64,000 nt of DNA, from NCBI GenBank assembly GCA_963664395.2, contig OY761159.2, forward strand, positions 672,001-736,000. The letters run 5' to 3'. Numbering within the stretch: position 1 is the first letter of the stretch; every line of letters begins with the position of its first letter. The DNA comes from Candidatus Binatia bacterium (GTDB lineage Bacteria > Desulfobacterota > Binatia > Bin18). The position numbers and the translations under genes were made by a program. The notes below the pieces were generated by a model, which was given only the letters and a program-made list of their open reading frames with translations, was not told where the DNA came from and searched no databases. Below, piece by piece: positions 29,156 to 39,175 of this stretch.

Positions 29156-30868
29156 TTACTGACTGGCTAACGGACCGCGTAACAACTGCCCCGGCAGGGC
29201 GCCGGTGTGTTCGTTGTTCCGCAGGACGACTTCGCCATTCACGATGGTCGCCAGAAAGCCATTGGCTTTTTGCTTGAGCCGTCGGGCGCCACCCGGGAGA
29301 TCATAGGTCAGCTCGGGCACTTGCGGCTCAACCGTTTGAGGATCAAAGATCACTACGTCGGCGTTCCAGCCTTCGCGCAGCAGGCCGCGGCCGGCCAGCT
29401 TCCAATGGGAGGCCGGAACGAAGCTCAGTTGGTGCACCGCGTCTTCCAGAGTCAGGGCTTCTTTCTCACGCACCCAGTGGCTCAACAGATGGGTTTGCAG
29501 GGAAGAATCCATGATCTGTGAAACATGGGCACCCGAGTCCGAGAAGGTAATCACCGAGCGGGGGTGCTGCATCATCTCCAAGGTGCTGGGCTCATGGGTG
29601 TTGGTCAGCGGCTGCATGAAGAAACGCTTCAGCCCATTTTCCAGGGCGAGATCGATATAGGTCTCCACCGGGTCCTGGTTGCGTTCGGCGGCAATCTCGG
29701 CAACCGACCGATACGGCGGTACGGCCCTGTCCATGATGGGGAACAGCCATTTGAAATTCGCCACGCGGGCTTCAGCACCAACCGCCCGCGTCCCCTCTTG
29801 TGGCGGATGATTGGCAGACTGCACCAGCTTGTGGCGTATTTCAGGATTGCGTAAGGCCACTTCCTGTTCTGCCAGGGGCAGTTTTCGAATGTCGCGCCAG
29901 ACCGGCAGCTTGTCAAACGAGGTAACCGACTCGAACGACTGCAATACGCTGATGGGACGGCTGTGGACCTGAATAAACATGCGCCCGCCGGCTTCAGCGG
30001 TCTCGTCAGCTAACGCAAAAAACGGGCGCCAATAGTCCGGGGCCTTGGGCGCGCTGAACATGCCAAACGTGACCGGCACGCCCGTATCGACAGCCAGGGC
30101 TTTGAGCCGATTACAATAGTCCTGAATCCGTTCCGGGTTGAGTCCGGTGTCTTCACCGGCGATTTCAAACACCCCCGAGTTCAGCTCGCCGAGCACGCCG
30201 ACCAACTGACGGACCTCGTCCCAGGTGGCGAGCCGACTCGCAACCGGTTGGCCGTCAGGCGTCTGGTGGTTGCGCGTGCGCGAGGTGGTAAAGCCGGCGG
30301 CGCCCGCTTGTATGGCGCTACGGACTTCTCGCTTCATAGCTTCGAGATCGTCCGGGGTCGCTTCTTCGCTAAAGGCCCGCTCACCCATGACATAGGTCCG
30401 CAGCGCGGAATGACCGATATAGGCCGAATAATTGATGCCTTTGGGCAGGCGTTCAACCGCATCCAGGTATTCCGGATAGGTGGTCCAACTCCACTTGATG
30501 CCTGCTTCCATGGCTTCCGGCGAAATGTCTTCGGCCCGCTCCAGATTGCGCATTACCATCAGCTTGTCCTCCTCGCTGCACGGCGCGAGCGAGAAGCCGC
30601 AGTTACCCATGACCACGCTGGTAATGCCATGCCAGCACGAGCATGTACCCAGCGGGTCCCAAAACACCTGGGCGTCCATATGCGTATGGCCGTCAACAAA
30701 GCCGGGGGAAACGACATGCCCCTCGGCATCGATGACTTCCCTGGCGTTCTCACGAATTTTGCCAATGGCGACAATTTTGCCCTCAGCGATTCCGACATCG
30801 GCCTGAAAGCGGGGCAGCCCGGAGCCATCAACCACCGTACCGTTTTTAATGAGGAGATCGTATCGCAT
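29156..30868 (-). CDS. N-acyl-D-amino-acid deacylase-like amidohydrolase
   Basis: PGFVDGHTHMD, VVMGNCG, SDSGAHV, ADVVIFDP. Confidence 0.9.
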   Translation of the reverse strand: MRYDLLIKNGTVVDGSGLPRFQADVGIAEGKIVAIGKIRENAREVIDAEGHVVSPGFVDGHTHMDAQVFWDPLGTCSCWHGITSVVMGNCGFSLAPCSEEDKLMVMRNLERAEDISPEAMEAGIKWSWTTYPEYLDAVERLPKGINYSAYIGHSALRTYVMGERAFSEEATPDDLEAMKREVRSAIQAGAAGFTTSRTRNHQTPDGQPVASRLATWDEVRQLVGVLGELNSGVFEIAGEDTGLNPERIQDYCNRLKALAVDTGVPVTFGMFSAPKAPDYWRPFFALADETAEAGGRMFIQVHSRPISVLQSFESVTSFDKLPVWRDIRKLPLAEQEVALRNPEIRHKLVQSANHPPQEGTRAVGAEARVANFKWLFPIMDRAVPPYRSVAEIAAERNQDPVETYIDLALENGLKRFFMQPLTNTHEPSTLEMMQHPRSVITFSDSGAHVSQIMDSSLQTHLLSHWVREKEALTLEDAVHQLSFVPASHWKLAGRGLLREGWNADVVIFDPQTVEPQVPELTYDLPGGARRLKQKANGFLATIVNGEVVLRNNEHTGALPGQLLRGPLASQ

Positions 30869-30924
30869 GCTGCTTCATATAGACTATGCCGGCGTGAGAA
30901 GGCAAGCCAGGACAGGCGGACAAC

Positions 30925-31710
30925 TCAGCGATAGCGAAACTTGGGCTTGCGCTTCTCCAGGAACGCAGCTCGCCCTTCCCTGTAATCAGGACCTTCAAAA
31001 GCCGCAGCGCGGAGGCGGCGGCTGACCACATTGTCATTCGTCTCCCCTGCGATAATTTCGTTCACGGTGGTTTTCACCGCGCGGATGGTAAATTGGGAGA
31101 GGTTGCAAAGCTGCTGGGCAAAGGCGAACGTTTCCCGTTCCAGGTCCTCGGCTTTGAACAGCCGTGTCACAATGCCGCAGGCCAGCGCTTCATCTGCGTC
31201 AATGACCTGGGCACCCATGAGCATCTCTTTGGCTTTCGATGGACCAACAAGATCAACCAGCCGTTTTGTTTCGCGGAGCGTGTAGGCCACGCCCAACTTC
31301 GCAGGCGGAATGCAGAATCTGGCCGTGCGGTCCGCATAGCGCATGTCACACGCCAGGGCGAGGGCACAGCCACCGCCGAAGCAATAGCCTGCCACCAGGG
31401 CGATAACTGGCTTGGAGAGATTGGTTACGGCGTCAAAGGCAGCCCGGGTCGTCTCCTCGGACTGCTTCACCGTTTCCGGCGTGGCGTGGATATTGGGAAA
31501 CTCGCTGATATCCGCACCGGCTGAGAATGCCTGTGAGGTCACGCCACGAATGATCAGCACTTTAATATCAGGATTCTCCGCCACCTCATCGGCATATTTC
31601 TTTATTCCCGCCCAGACCGCTCCGTTCAGAGCATTTAACTTGTCCGGTCGATTCAGTACGAGCACCGCGACTTCGGCGTGGGTTTCAAGGTAAACAGGCT
31701 TGTCATTCAT
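30925..31710 (-). CDS. Enoyl-CoA hydratase/isomerase family
   Basis: LNRPDKLNAL, FSAGADISEF, GGGCALALACD, EGRAAFLEKRKP. Confidence 0.92.
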   Translation of the reverse strand: MNDKPVYLETHAEVAVLVLNRPDKLNALNGAVWAGIKKYADEVAENPDIKVLIIRGVTSQAFSAGADISEFPNIHATPETVKQSEETTRAAFDAVTNLSKPVIALVAGYCFGGGCALALACDMRYADRTARFCIPPAKLGVAYTLRETKRLVDLVGPSKAKEMLMGAQVIDADEALACGIVTRLFKAEDLERETFAFAQQLCNLSQFTIRAVKTTVNEIIAGETNDNVVSRRLRAAAFEGPDYREGRAAFLEKRKPKFRYR

Positions 31711-31852
31711 TCCAGTCCCTCCCAATGATCCAAGGTATTGTCCAACTCACGTTTACTCCTTCAGGTCCACAAAGGCTACTCTCAAGGCTACGCTATTGAT
31801 TCTCTACAATCATGCCTGCCTCAACCGGCATTTGCCTCTTGACCACCGTTAT

Positions 31853-32011
31853 GCGGCAGACAACGCCATGTGGTCTTCGGACTATCCTCACACGGCCGCC
31901 ATCTGGCCTCGTTCGCAGGAGTTTATCAAAGATACCTTTAGCGAGCTGTCCGAGACCGACCGCCGGAAGCTCATCCACGACACCGCCGCCCGCGTGTATC
32001 GCATCGAATAA
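31853..32011 (+). pseudogene. C-terminal fragment of an amidohydrolase_2 gene
   Basis: ADNAMWSSDYPH...WPRS...RRKLIHDTAARVY with no matching upstream coding sequence. Confidence 0.8.
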
Positions 32012-32227
32012 ACCTGGCGGGGCCCCCCGACGTGGGGCCCTGTGCCAAACCTCCCTCCTCGGCTCCTGTGGGCAGCAACCCATTACGGCCCTCCAAGCAG
32101 CACGCCCCGCTCATTCACCCCTCCGGCTTTTCAGAGTCATCCCGACCGCTTTGCAGGGTTTCCCCTGACACCGCTCTTCCTCCTGATCCACATCTCCGTA
32201 TATCCTGAAGCGCTACGGAGGATATCA

Positions 32228-34402
32228 TTGCGAAGAAAAAGTTCTCATTTTATATTGCTCCACGCCGTTGTCAGAGTCGTTGCGCTGAGTCTCTTGTCCG
32301 CCACGCTGGTCCTGGCCCAATCTTCGCCGCCCATCTCATTACCGAAAATCGAAGTGCGCGGCACAACGCCGTTGATGAGCACCCCCGTAGCGCGTGAGCA
32401 AGTACCGGCCAATGTGCAAACCATAACCAGCGAGCAGATTGCGAAACGCGGCGCACTCAATCTGACCGACATCCTGTCACGCGAGTTGGGCGGGGTGAAT
32501 CTGAATCATGTCCAAAACAACCCGTTCCAGCCTGATGTCACCTACCGTGGTTTTACCAGCTCCTTTCTCATTGGTACGCCGCCGGGACTGAGTGTCTTTG
32601 TCGATGGCGTCCGCGTCAACGAGCCCCTGGCCGATCAAGTCAATTGGGATTTGATTCCGACTGATGCCATTGATCGTCTTGAACTCATCCCCGGCTCAAA
32701 TCCGGTCTATGGTCGGAATACGCTTGGCGGGACCATTGTGATGCAAACCAAACGTGGCTTTACGCATCCGGGGACAACCGCAGAGGTGTGGGGCGGGAGT
32801 TTTGCCCGCTATCGGACATTGCTTCAGCACGGGGGCAGTCACGACAATTTTGACTATTTTGTGTCGGGCAATCTCTTTCTCGAAGATGGCTATCGAGATT
32901 TCTCAAAAAGCCACGTCGGCCAGTTATTCGGCAAGGTCGGCTATCTGGGGACACAAGACGATTTCTCTCTCTCCCTGACCCATGTGAATAACAAGTTGAC
33001 CGGCAACGGCCCGCTACCCGAAGGACGGCTCAAACGTGACCGCTCCGCGGTGTTCACCCATCCCGATATTTTCAAACCCGACCTGTGGTTTCTGAGCAGC
33101 CAATACCAGCGTGACTTCGGCTCTGGCTTCTCGCTATCGACTAATCTGCATGGCCGCCTTTTGGATGTGGACCAGTTCAATCTTGACGTAGAAGAAACCC
33201 TGGATGCTCGGACCAACCAGAAAGGCTGGGGCGGAGCGCTGCAACTGGCGTATCACGGCACGCTGTGGGAACGACCGGTCTCGGTCACGCTTGGCGGAGA
33301 CTATATCGGGGCGCGCCTTGACCATCTGATCGGGGAGCAGGAAGAGCAAGGAGACGGGGACGCCGGCTTTGAGGTTGTCACCAACGTCAAAACCGAAACC
33401 CATGCCGGCGGCCCGTTTTTCACCATCACCGCCCAACCGATTGATAAGCTGACGCTGACCGTGTCCGGGCGCTATGAGGTCACCCATCTCACCATTACAG
33501 ACCGACTCGCCGGACGTGGAGACGATGACGACGAAGAGGCGGGAACGGATGCCAGTGGCAACCACACCTTTGATCGGTTTAATCCCGCAGTGGGGACGAC
33601 TTATGCCTTCACCGAACATCTGAGCCTGTACGCCGGGTATAGTGAGAGCTACCGCGCGCCGACCGCCATTGAACTCACCTGTGCCAATCCCGAAGCGCCC
33701 TGCCCGGTGCCAGCCGCGATTGTGGATGATCCGCCCCTGGACGCGGTGCAGGGAAAGACCTGGGAGACGGGAGTACGCTGGGCCTTTCCCCCGCATATTG
33801 ATGCGACCCTGGCCTTCTTTCGGACGGATCTCAAAGACGACATCTTGTTCCGCAACGAACCGGAAAGTCGAGTGCTGGGATTTTTTCAGAATGTGGATGC
33901 CACTCGTCGCCAGGGTATCGAACTCCTCTTGCGCGGAGTGTGGCGTTGGGGCAACTGGTTTCTGAATTACACCGTAACGGATGCCACGTTTGGGGATGAT
34001 ATCGAACTGTTTACGTTCGCCAATGAAGAGCGCATAGCATTGGTACGCGACGGCGACCGTCTGCCGCTGGTCCCGCCACACCGGGTCAATGGCGGCATCG
34101 AGTTCTTCATCGGCTCTCAGTTACGGCTGAGCCTGGACGGGGCCTATGTGGATGGACAGCGGCTGCGGGGCGATGAGGCCAATCAACGTAGTCGGCTGGA
34201 CCCGTATTTTGTGGCCAATGCCATAGTTGAATATAACTATAAGAATTTCGATATTTTTCTGCGGCTCGAAAACCTGTTTGCCGAAGAATACGAAAGCTAC
34301 GGCGCGTATTTTGAGAATGTCGTGGACGGAACCGGCGTCGAGCGCTTCATGAGCCCAGGCGCACCCTTGGCCGTCTTCAGCGGCGTGCGGGTGAAATTCT
34401 GA
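32228..34402 (+). CDS. TonB-dependent receptor (start approximate)
   Basis: Plug DGVRVNE...IDRLELIPGSNPVYGRNTLGG; beta-strands; C-terminal Phe. Confidence 0.92.
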   Translation: MRRKSSHFILLHAVVRVVALSLLSATLVLAQSSPPISLPKIEVRGTTPLMSTPVAREQVPANVQTITSEQIAKRGALNLTDILSRELGGVNLNHVQNNPFQPDVTYRGFTSSFLIGTPPGLSVFVDGVRVNEPLADQVNWDLIPTDAIDRLELIPGSNPVYGRNTLGGTIVMQTKRGFTHPGTTAEVWGGSFARYRTLLQHGGSHDNFDYFVSGNLFLEDGYRDFSKSHVGQLFGKVGYLGTQDDFSLSLTHVNNKLTGNGPLPEGRLKRDRSAVFTHPDIFKPDLWFLSSQYQRDFGSGFSLSTNLHGRLLDVDQFNLDVEETLDARTNQKGWGGALQLAYHGTLWERPVSVTLGGDYIGARLDHLIGEQEEQGDGDAGFEVVTNVKTETHAGGPFFTITAQPIDKLTLTVSGRYEVTHLTITDRLAGRGDDDDEEAGTDASGNHTFDRFNPAVGTTYAFTEHLSLYAGYSESYRAPTAIELTCANPEAPCPVPAAIVDDPPLDAVQGKTWETGVRWAFPPHIDATLAFFRTDLKDDILFRNEPESRVLGFFQNVDATRRQGIELLLRGVWRWGNWFLNYTVTDATFGDDIELFTFANEERIALVRDGDRLPLVPPHRVNGGIEFFIGSQLRLSLDGAYVDGQRLRGDEANQRSRLDPYFVANAIVEYNYKNFDIFLRLENLFAEEYESYGAYFENVVDGTGVERFMSPGAPLAVFSGVRVKF

Positions 34403-34426
34403 GGAAAGGAGCGGCTGCGCCCGTCC

Positions 34427-35608
34427 TCAGATACTGAAATCAAGCAGATTGTAATCCTTCATCCCAGCCTTGGCTTCCTCGTCCCAGCAGCAGTGCTCTC
34501 CCGATTTAACAAAGGGCTTATAGGGAAACGGCGTTTCGGCCGGGAAGCGCTGTCGGCGCGCATCGATGGCATAGCCGATCACACGCGAACGGGTACGGAT
34601 ACGTTCTGCATCGTACACTGCCGGTGCGCTATGAATTCCTCCACCGTTTACCCCAAGTACTGACGCACGGCGATGAAAGCCGAAGTTCACCGTGACGCGC
34701 CAGTCCGGACTGGTATTCGCAAATGAACAATGTAGTAATTGTCGGTTGGAGATGACCACATCACCCGGATTACACACCATGGGAACGGCGTCGGGCAGTC
34801 GCTCCGAGCCTGCCTCGGCAACCCTCTTCGGGATATCTACATGGCCGATTTTATGTGTCCCCGGCACGACCCACACCCCGTTTGCCGGGGTGCAGCCGTA
34901 GAGCTGAGCCATGAAGTTAAAGCCGTGACTTCCCTGGTCCCACGCAGGACTCTCCCAATGCGTCGTACCATCCTGATGCCAGGCGACCGAAGCCCCTTTG
35001 CCCGGCTCTTTGATGAACAGCGCCTCGGTGAACGGAACAAAATCCTCACCGTTGACCGCCTCTGCCACGGCTAACAGGTGCGGATGGGCAGAGGTTCACA
35101 GGCTGGCTTCGGAAAATTGCAGAGAACCGATAATGAGATAGACAATTTCTTGGGGGAGGTCAGCAGCCGGGGTGGGCTCCAGCATCTTTACCGGATGGCG
35201 ACCGTTGGCGAGATCGGTACCACCAAAAGGATCACCGAGCGGTTTGGACCAGAACAGCGTCGTCGCCTCACACTCAGCCGCCAGGGCCGGGCGACCCTGG
35301 GCGTCGAGCGCAGCCCCCCGCTCGGTCGGAAGGCGTTCCAGGATATCGAACAGGTCGGCTTCGATATCGTTCAGTTCCTCTTCCCTGAGCACCCCTTCGA
35401 AGACATAAAAGCCATATTTCCAATAGGCAGCCAAGATGTCGGTGTGGACCCGACCATCGGCTTGAAACCGAATCGGGCCGCGATTATCGAGCGCGTAGGC
35501 CCGTTTCTCCCCTTTACGCAGATACGTCTGCATGGCCGCTTCAGCGCTCCCATAATCGCCCGTTGTCACATCGCTCACTGCCTGCATGTCTGCCTCCGTT
35601 CTTTGCAT
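34427..35608 (-). pseudogene. Phytanoyl-CoA dioxygenase family gene with one in-frame TGA
   Basis: ORFs 35096-35608 and 34427-35068 share a frame; TGA at 35096-35098; WHQDG and HCSFAN motifs. Confidence 0.85.
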
Positions 35609-35769
35609 CCGTCACTTAATATGCGCTTCTCAGTCCCCATACAACCTTGGCTAAGCCGCCGGTTGGCTTCCCCGTCCCGATTCCGTTTCGTAGGAACTAT
35701 ACAACGGTTCGGGAAAATCACGCTTTGGTACTACGGAATCGTGAACTGCTCGTGGAGGTTGTGTTGCCG

Positions 35770-35911
35770 GCTGGCCGAGGTGGCGCGGCATTACCTGAGC
35801 CGGGCGCACGGCGAAGCCCGGGGCAACAAGTCCGCGGCGTGCAAACTGGTCGGCCTGCCGAACTATCAGACATTTACGAACTGGATGAAAAAACATGGGG
35901 TCGAGGAGTAA
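35770..35911 (+). pseudogene. Orphan Fis-type HTH C-terminus of a sigma-54 activator-like gene
   Basis: [12 protein letters not shown]...[26 protein letters not shown] without an upstream AAA domain. Confidence 0.65.
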
Positions 35912-35981
35912 GAGTCATACTTGCTCTTCTGACGTTCAAGCCGTGTGACATCGCTGCCGCGATTATGGTAGCCTGCCGCCC

Positions 35982-36281
35982 ATGAAAGAATCTCCCCTGT
36001 CCGAGACGAACCGTCGGGCCTACTGGCGTCAGAACCTGACTATTGTCGCGGCCTTGCTGAGCGTCTGGTTCGTGGTGTCTTTTGTCGTCTCGATCATCTT
36101 CGTTGACAGCCTGAACGACATCCGCATAGGCAGCTTTCGGCTGGGCTTCTGGATGGCCCAGCAGGGCTCGCTGTACGTCTTCGTGGTGCTGATTTTCGTC
36201 TATGTGTGGCTGATGAATCGTCTGGACCGGGCCTATGGCGTTGAAGAGCCGGAGGCCGAGGACACAGGGGCGGCCCGGTGA
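35982..36281 (+). CDS. DUF4212/DUF485 family putative sodium:solute symporter small subunit
   Basis: AYWRQNL, LGFWMAQQGS, MNRLDRAYG; two TMs. Confidence 0.88.
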   Translation: MKESPLSETNRRAYWRQNLTIVAALLSVWFVVSFVVSIIFVDSLNDIRIGSFRLGFWMAQQGSLYVFVVLIFVYVWLMNRLDRAYGVEEPEAEDTGAAR

Positions 36282-36345
36282 TGGACGTGCTGCCGACCGG
36301 TCCGGTTACAACCCGGACCTTCGTTGGCGTTTGAGACGAGAGAAC

Positions 36346-37344
36346 TTAGTTTGGCACCCAGGCGAGGGCCCGGACTTCACCAAACTCTCGCTCCGATTTG
36401 TTCCACGACGCACCACCGTCCTGACTGGTGTAGACATAGCCGTGCAGGCTGTTGGCCACAATAAAGTCGGGATCTGCCGGATTCGTGGCAAACCAATACA
36501 TGGTTGAGTTTGGCACGACGGGTAGAGGGGCGGCCTGCCATGTTTGCCCGCCATCGGTCGAACGCTGGATGGCCCCGACCTTGCCCGGAACGAAATCTCC
36601 ATTCCCCACAAACATCACGTTTGGATCATCGGCCTTCAGCGCCACGCCACGACAATACGAGATGCCCCGATCAGAGAAACGTGGGAAACCGTGCAGCGAC
36701 CAACTCTGGCCTTCGTCCGTGCTGGTCCAAATACCATCCGGGGTGGTGGCGATGATTTTTCGGTGCGGCTCAGGGCTGATGGTCAGACCGTGGATATCCT
36801 GGTTCAGCTCGCTGTCGCCCAAGGCGGGCAGATGCTCCCAGGTGTCGCCGCCATCGAGACTCCGATGGATACCGTCGATCTCAACACTCGCCCAGACCGT
36901 GCCAGGGTCGCGCGGATCAAAAAGGAGGTTGGTGACCTTGGGCGCTCCGGCGAGGCACCGCTCGGCCGCATTGATGGGCAGTTCTTCCCAGTTCTGACCA
37001 CCGTCCTTGGTGCGGAATACGCACGGCGGTTTGGTCCCGACAAGAATGACGTCCGGATCGTCAGGATGAACGGCAATAGACCAGATTTGTTTTCCATCTG
37101 TGGGAGATTCTACCAGGTCCCAGACCGCGCCTTTGTCCTCGCTCCGATACAGCCCCACCTCAGAGCCGGCATACACCACGTTGGGGTTGTGCGGAGACAC
37201 AACCAGCGCACGAATTTGGATTTCCCCTGGTTCGGCATGGAACGGCAGCTTCATACGACTCCGCCGCCAGCGTGCGCCACTATCCGAGCTATACCACACC
37301 CCAGCGCCAACGGTTCCGACACAAATGGTATGTCCATTGTCCAT
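36346..37344 (-). CDS. BNR/Asp-box beta-propeller (VPS10/YCF48-like) protein
   Basis: Repeated SxDxGxxW motifs. Confidence 0.85.
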   Translation of the reverse strand: MDNGHTICVGTVGAGVWYSSDSGARWRRSRMKLPFHAEPGEIQIRALVVSPHNPNVVYAGSEVGLYRSEDKGAVWDLVESPTDGKQIWSIAVHPDDPDVILVGTKPPCVFRTKDGGQNWEELPINAAERCLAGAPKVTNLLFDPRDPGTVWASVEIDGIHRSLDGGDTWEHLPALGDSELNQDIHGLTISPEPHRKIIATTPDGIWTSTDEGQSWSLHGFPRFSDRGISYCRGVALKADDPNVMFVGNGDFVPGKVGAIQRSTDGGQTWQAAPLPVVPNSTMYWFATNPADPDFIVANSLHGYVYTSQDGGASWNKSEREFGEVRALAWVPN

Positions 37345-37538
37345 GTTTCCCCTCCTTGGAATGCCGCGGATACTTTTCAACAATTACGGCATAGCACTCC
37401 CAGGCCAAAGTGCAAAGATGTGTGTGCTGCAAAGACGTATGGGGGCGGTCTCTTTCCCCGGCGAAGCATACCGGGATATCTTTCCATGCGGCGAACTGGA
37501 TAATGAGGCCGAGGCTATACCAGCCAGAGGAGCGCGCT

Positions 37539-38345
37539 ATGGCAGAAAATAATAGTGGGGATACCCGCGTCGATGTCTATCTCATTTGTAATGCCAAATA
37601 TCATGACACAAACTTTGCTCGACTTGAATTGCTCAAACTCCTCGCCGAACACGAGGACGTGTATGTCCGGGTCGCCGAAGATTACCGGGATCATGAGGCC
37701 ATTCAGCAGTCCACGCTCCTCATCACCTATACCTGCGATGTGTGCCCAACACTGGAGCAACAGGAGGGTCTCAAGCAGTTTCTCAGCAGTGGCGGTCGCT
37801 GGTTTGCCCTGCATGGTACGAGTGCACTGCTGGAGTTTGTCGGAGAAAGCCTGGAGACCGACGGCATTGTGATTCCAGGCAAGGTCGATACGCCCCGGAA
37901 GGCACCAGCGTTGTCTGACATGCTGGGCAACCATTTTGTGTCGCATCCACCCATTCAGCCTATTCACATCACGGTCGCCGACCCCAGCCATCCAATCGTC
38001 CACGGTATTGAACCGTTCGAGGTGACGGATGAGCCGTATTACTGCGAATTTTATGGTGAAATTCATACCCTGCTGGAGTCGCGCTATAGCGCAAAATCGG
38101 AGGGCTATGTACGCGAAGACCTGGGCAATGACGACCCGCGCCCGCAGCTCTATCTGCATCCGTACGGCCAGGGTGAAGTCCTGTACCTGACGCTCGGGCA
38201 CTGTCGCGGTAAATATGACATGCAGCCCCTTATGCCCGTCTGCTCTGTTGAGCGCTGTGCGTGGGAGTCGCCGGTGTACTATGAATTGCTCAGACGCGGC
38301 ATCCGCTGGGGTAGCGGTCAGCTTGGGCACCGAGAGCGGCACTGA
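37539..38345 (+). CDS. ThuA-like domain protein
   Basis: GGRWFALHG, FVSHPP, DEPYY, GEVLYLTLGH. Confidence 0.85.
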   Translation: MAENNSGDTRVDVYLICNAKYHDTNFARLELLKLLAEHEDVYVRVAEDYRDHEAIQQSTLLITYTCDVCPTLEQQEGLKQFLSSGGRWFALHGTSALLEFVGESLETDGIVIPGKVDTPRKAPALSDMLGNHFVSHPPIQPIHITVADPSHPIVHGIEPFEVTDEPYYCEFYGEIHTLLESRYSAKSEGYVREDLGNDDPRPQLYLHPYGQGEVLYLTLGHCRGKYDMQPLMPVCSVERCAWESPVYYELLRRGIRWGSGQLGHRERH

Positions 38346-38398
38346 GAGCGACTAAGGTGGCCTAGTGTTTTTTCAGAGGGTAGATTAGGGTGAGGGTA

Positions 38399-39112
38399 AT
38401 GGCTGCATCAATCGATCACGTTGCTCAGAATTCTCTCATCCGTAAAATCCAAAAACTACTCCAACTCAGCCGTGATGAAGCCGCGACCGAGCACGAAGCT
38501 GCCCTGGCTGCCGCTAAAGTTCATCAGATCCTGGCCACCTACAATCTCTCGTTGACAGAGGTTGAGGCACAAGGCCCACAGAGCGAACACACTATGCGGG
38601 TCGAAGGCTGGAAAACGAGCCGCCTGCCCCCGTGGGAAAGGCTGCTCTGGCTCGCGACCTGCAAACTGTATTTTTGTTGTTCAACCCTATCTGTGGGCCG
38701 GTCGTTTATCATTGGTCGATTTCACAATACCGTTGTCGCTAAAGAAATGCTGATCTATCTCATTCAAACCGTCCAGCGCTTACGCAAGGAGCATTACGGC
38801 AAAGGGCGGCGCTTCTTGGATTCCTTTGCCTATGGCTGTGCCCAGTCCATCACTGCCAAGATCAAAGGATTGATCGCCGAACGAGAGCCAGCCGCAGTCG
38901 AGACAACTTTACCTGCGGTGCGGGAAAACTATCGCGACGAGGTCTACACCTATCTGGCTGACCAAGGGACGCGCCTTCGCAGACTGTCCGGCACCACACG
39001 CTCGCTGAAGGTCGATCCTGAGGGCTATGCGGCCGGACAGGTGGCCGGAGAGACGGTTGGGCTTGACCCGCAGCTCTATAGCAGCCAGGGGTGCAGCCCG
39101 CTGCTCGGGTGA
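38399..39112 (+). CDS. DUF2786 domain protein
   Basis: IRKIQKLLQLS...EHEAALAAAKVHQILATYNLS; SFAYG; YAAGQVAG. Confidence 0.8.
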   Translation: MAASIDHVAQNSLIRKIQKLLQLSRDEAATEHEAALAAAKVHQILATYNLSLTEVEAQGPQSEHTMRVEGWKTSRLPPWERLLWLATCKLYFCCSTLSVGRSFIIGRFHNTVVAKEMLIYLIQTVQRLRKEHYGKGRRFLDSFAYGCAQSITAKIKGLIAEREPAAVETTLPAVRENYRDEVYTYLADQGTRLRRLSGTTRSLKVDPEGYAAGQVAGETVGLDPQLYSSQGCSPLLG

Positions 39113-39118
39113 AATAAT

Positions 39119-39150
39119 AAGGGCGGATACGATCTCTCGCATCCGCCCTT
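39119..39150. terminator. Probable bidirectional terminator hairpin
   Basis: AAGGGCGGAT...ATCCGCCCTT between convergent genes. Confidence 0.65.
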
Positions 39151-39175
39151 CTCTACAGTCAAAAAGAATTTGCGC

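Noticed and set aside
32012-32227. Riboswitch or ncRNA upstream of the TonB receptor
   Set aside because: Hairpins exist, but I could not match cobalamin, TPP or c-di-GMP consensus; needs an Rfam scan
35647-35770. CoxM-like fragment (ELLVEVVLP)
   Set aside because: Too short to distinguish from chance
38399-39112. Prophage or ICE around the DUF2786 gene
   Set aside because: No integrase, structural or conjugation genes and no att-like repeats seen
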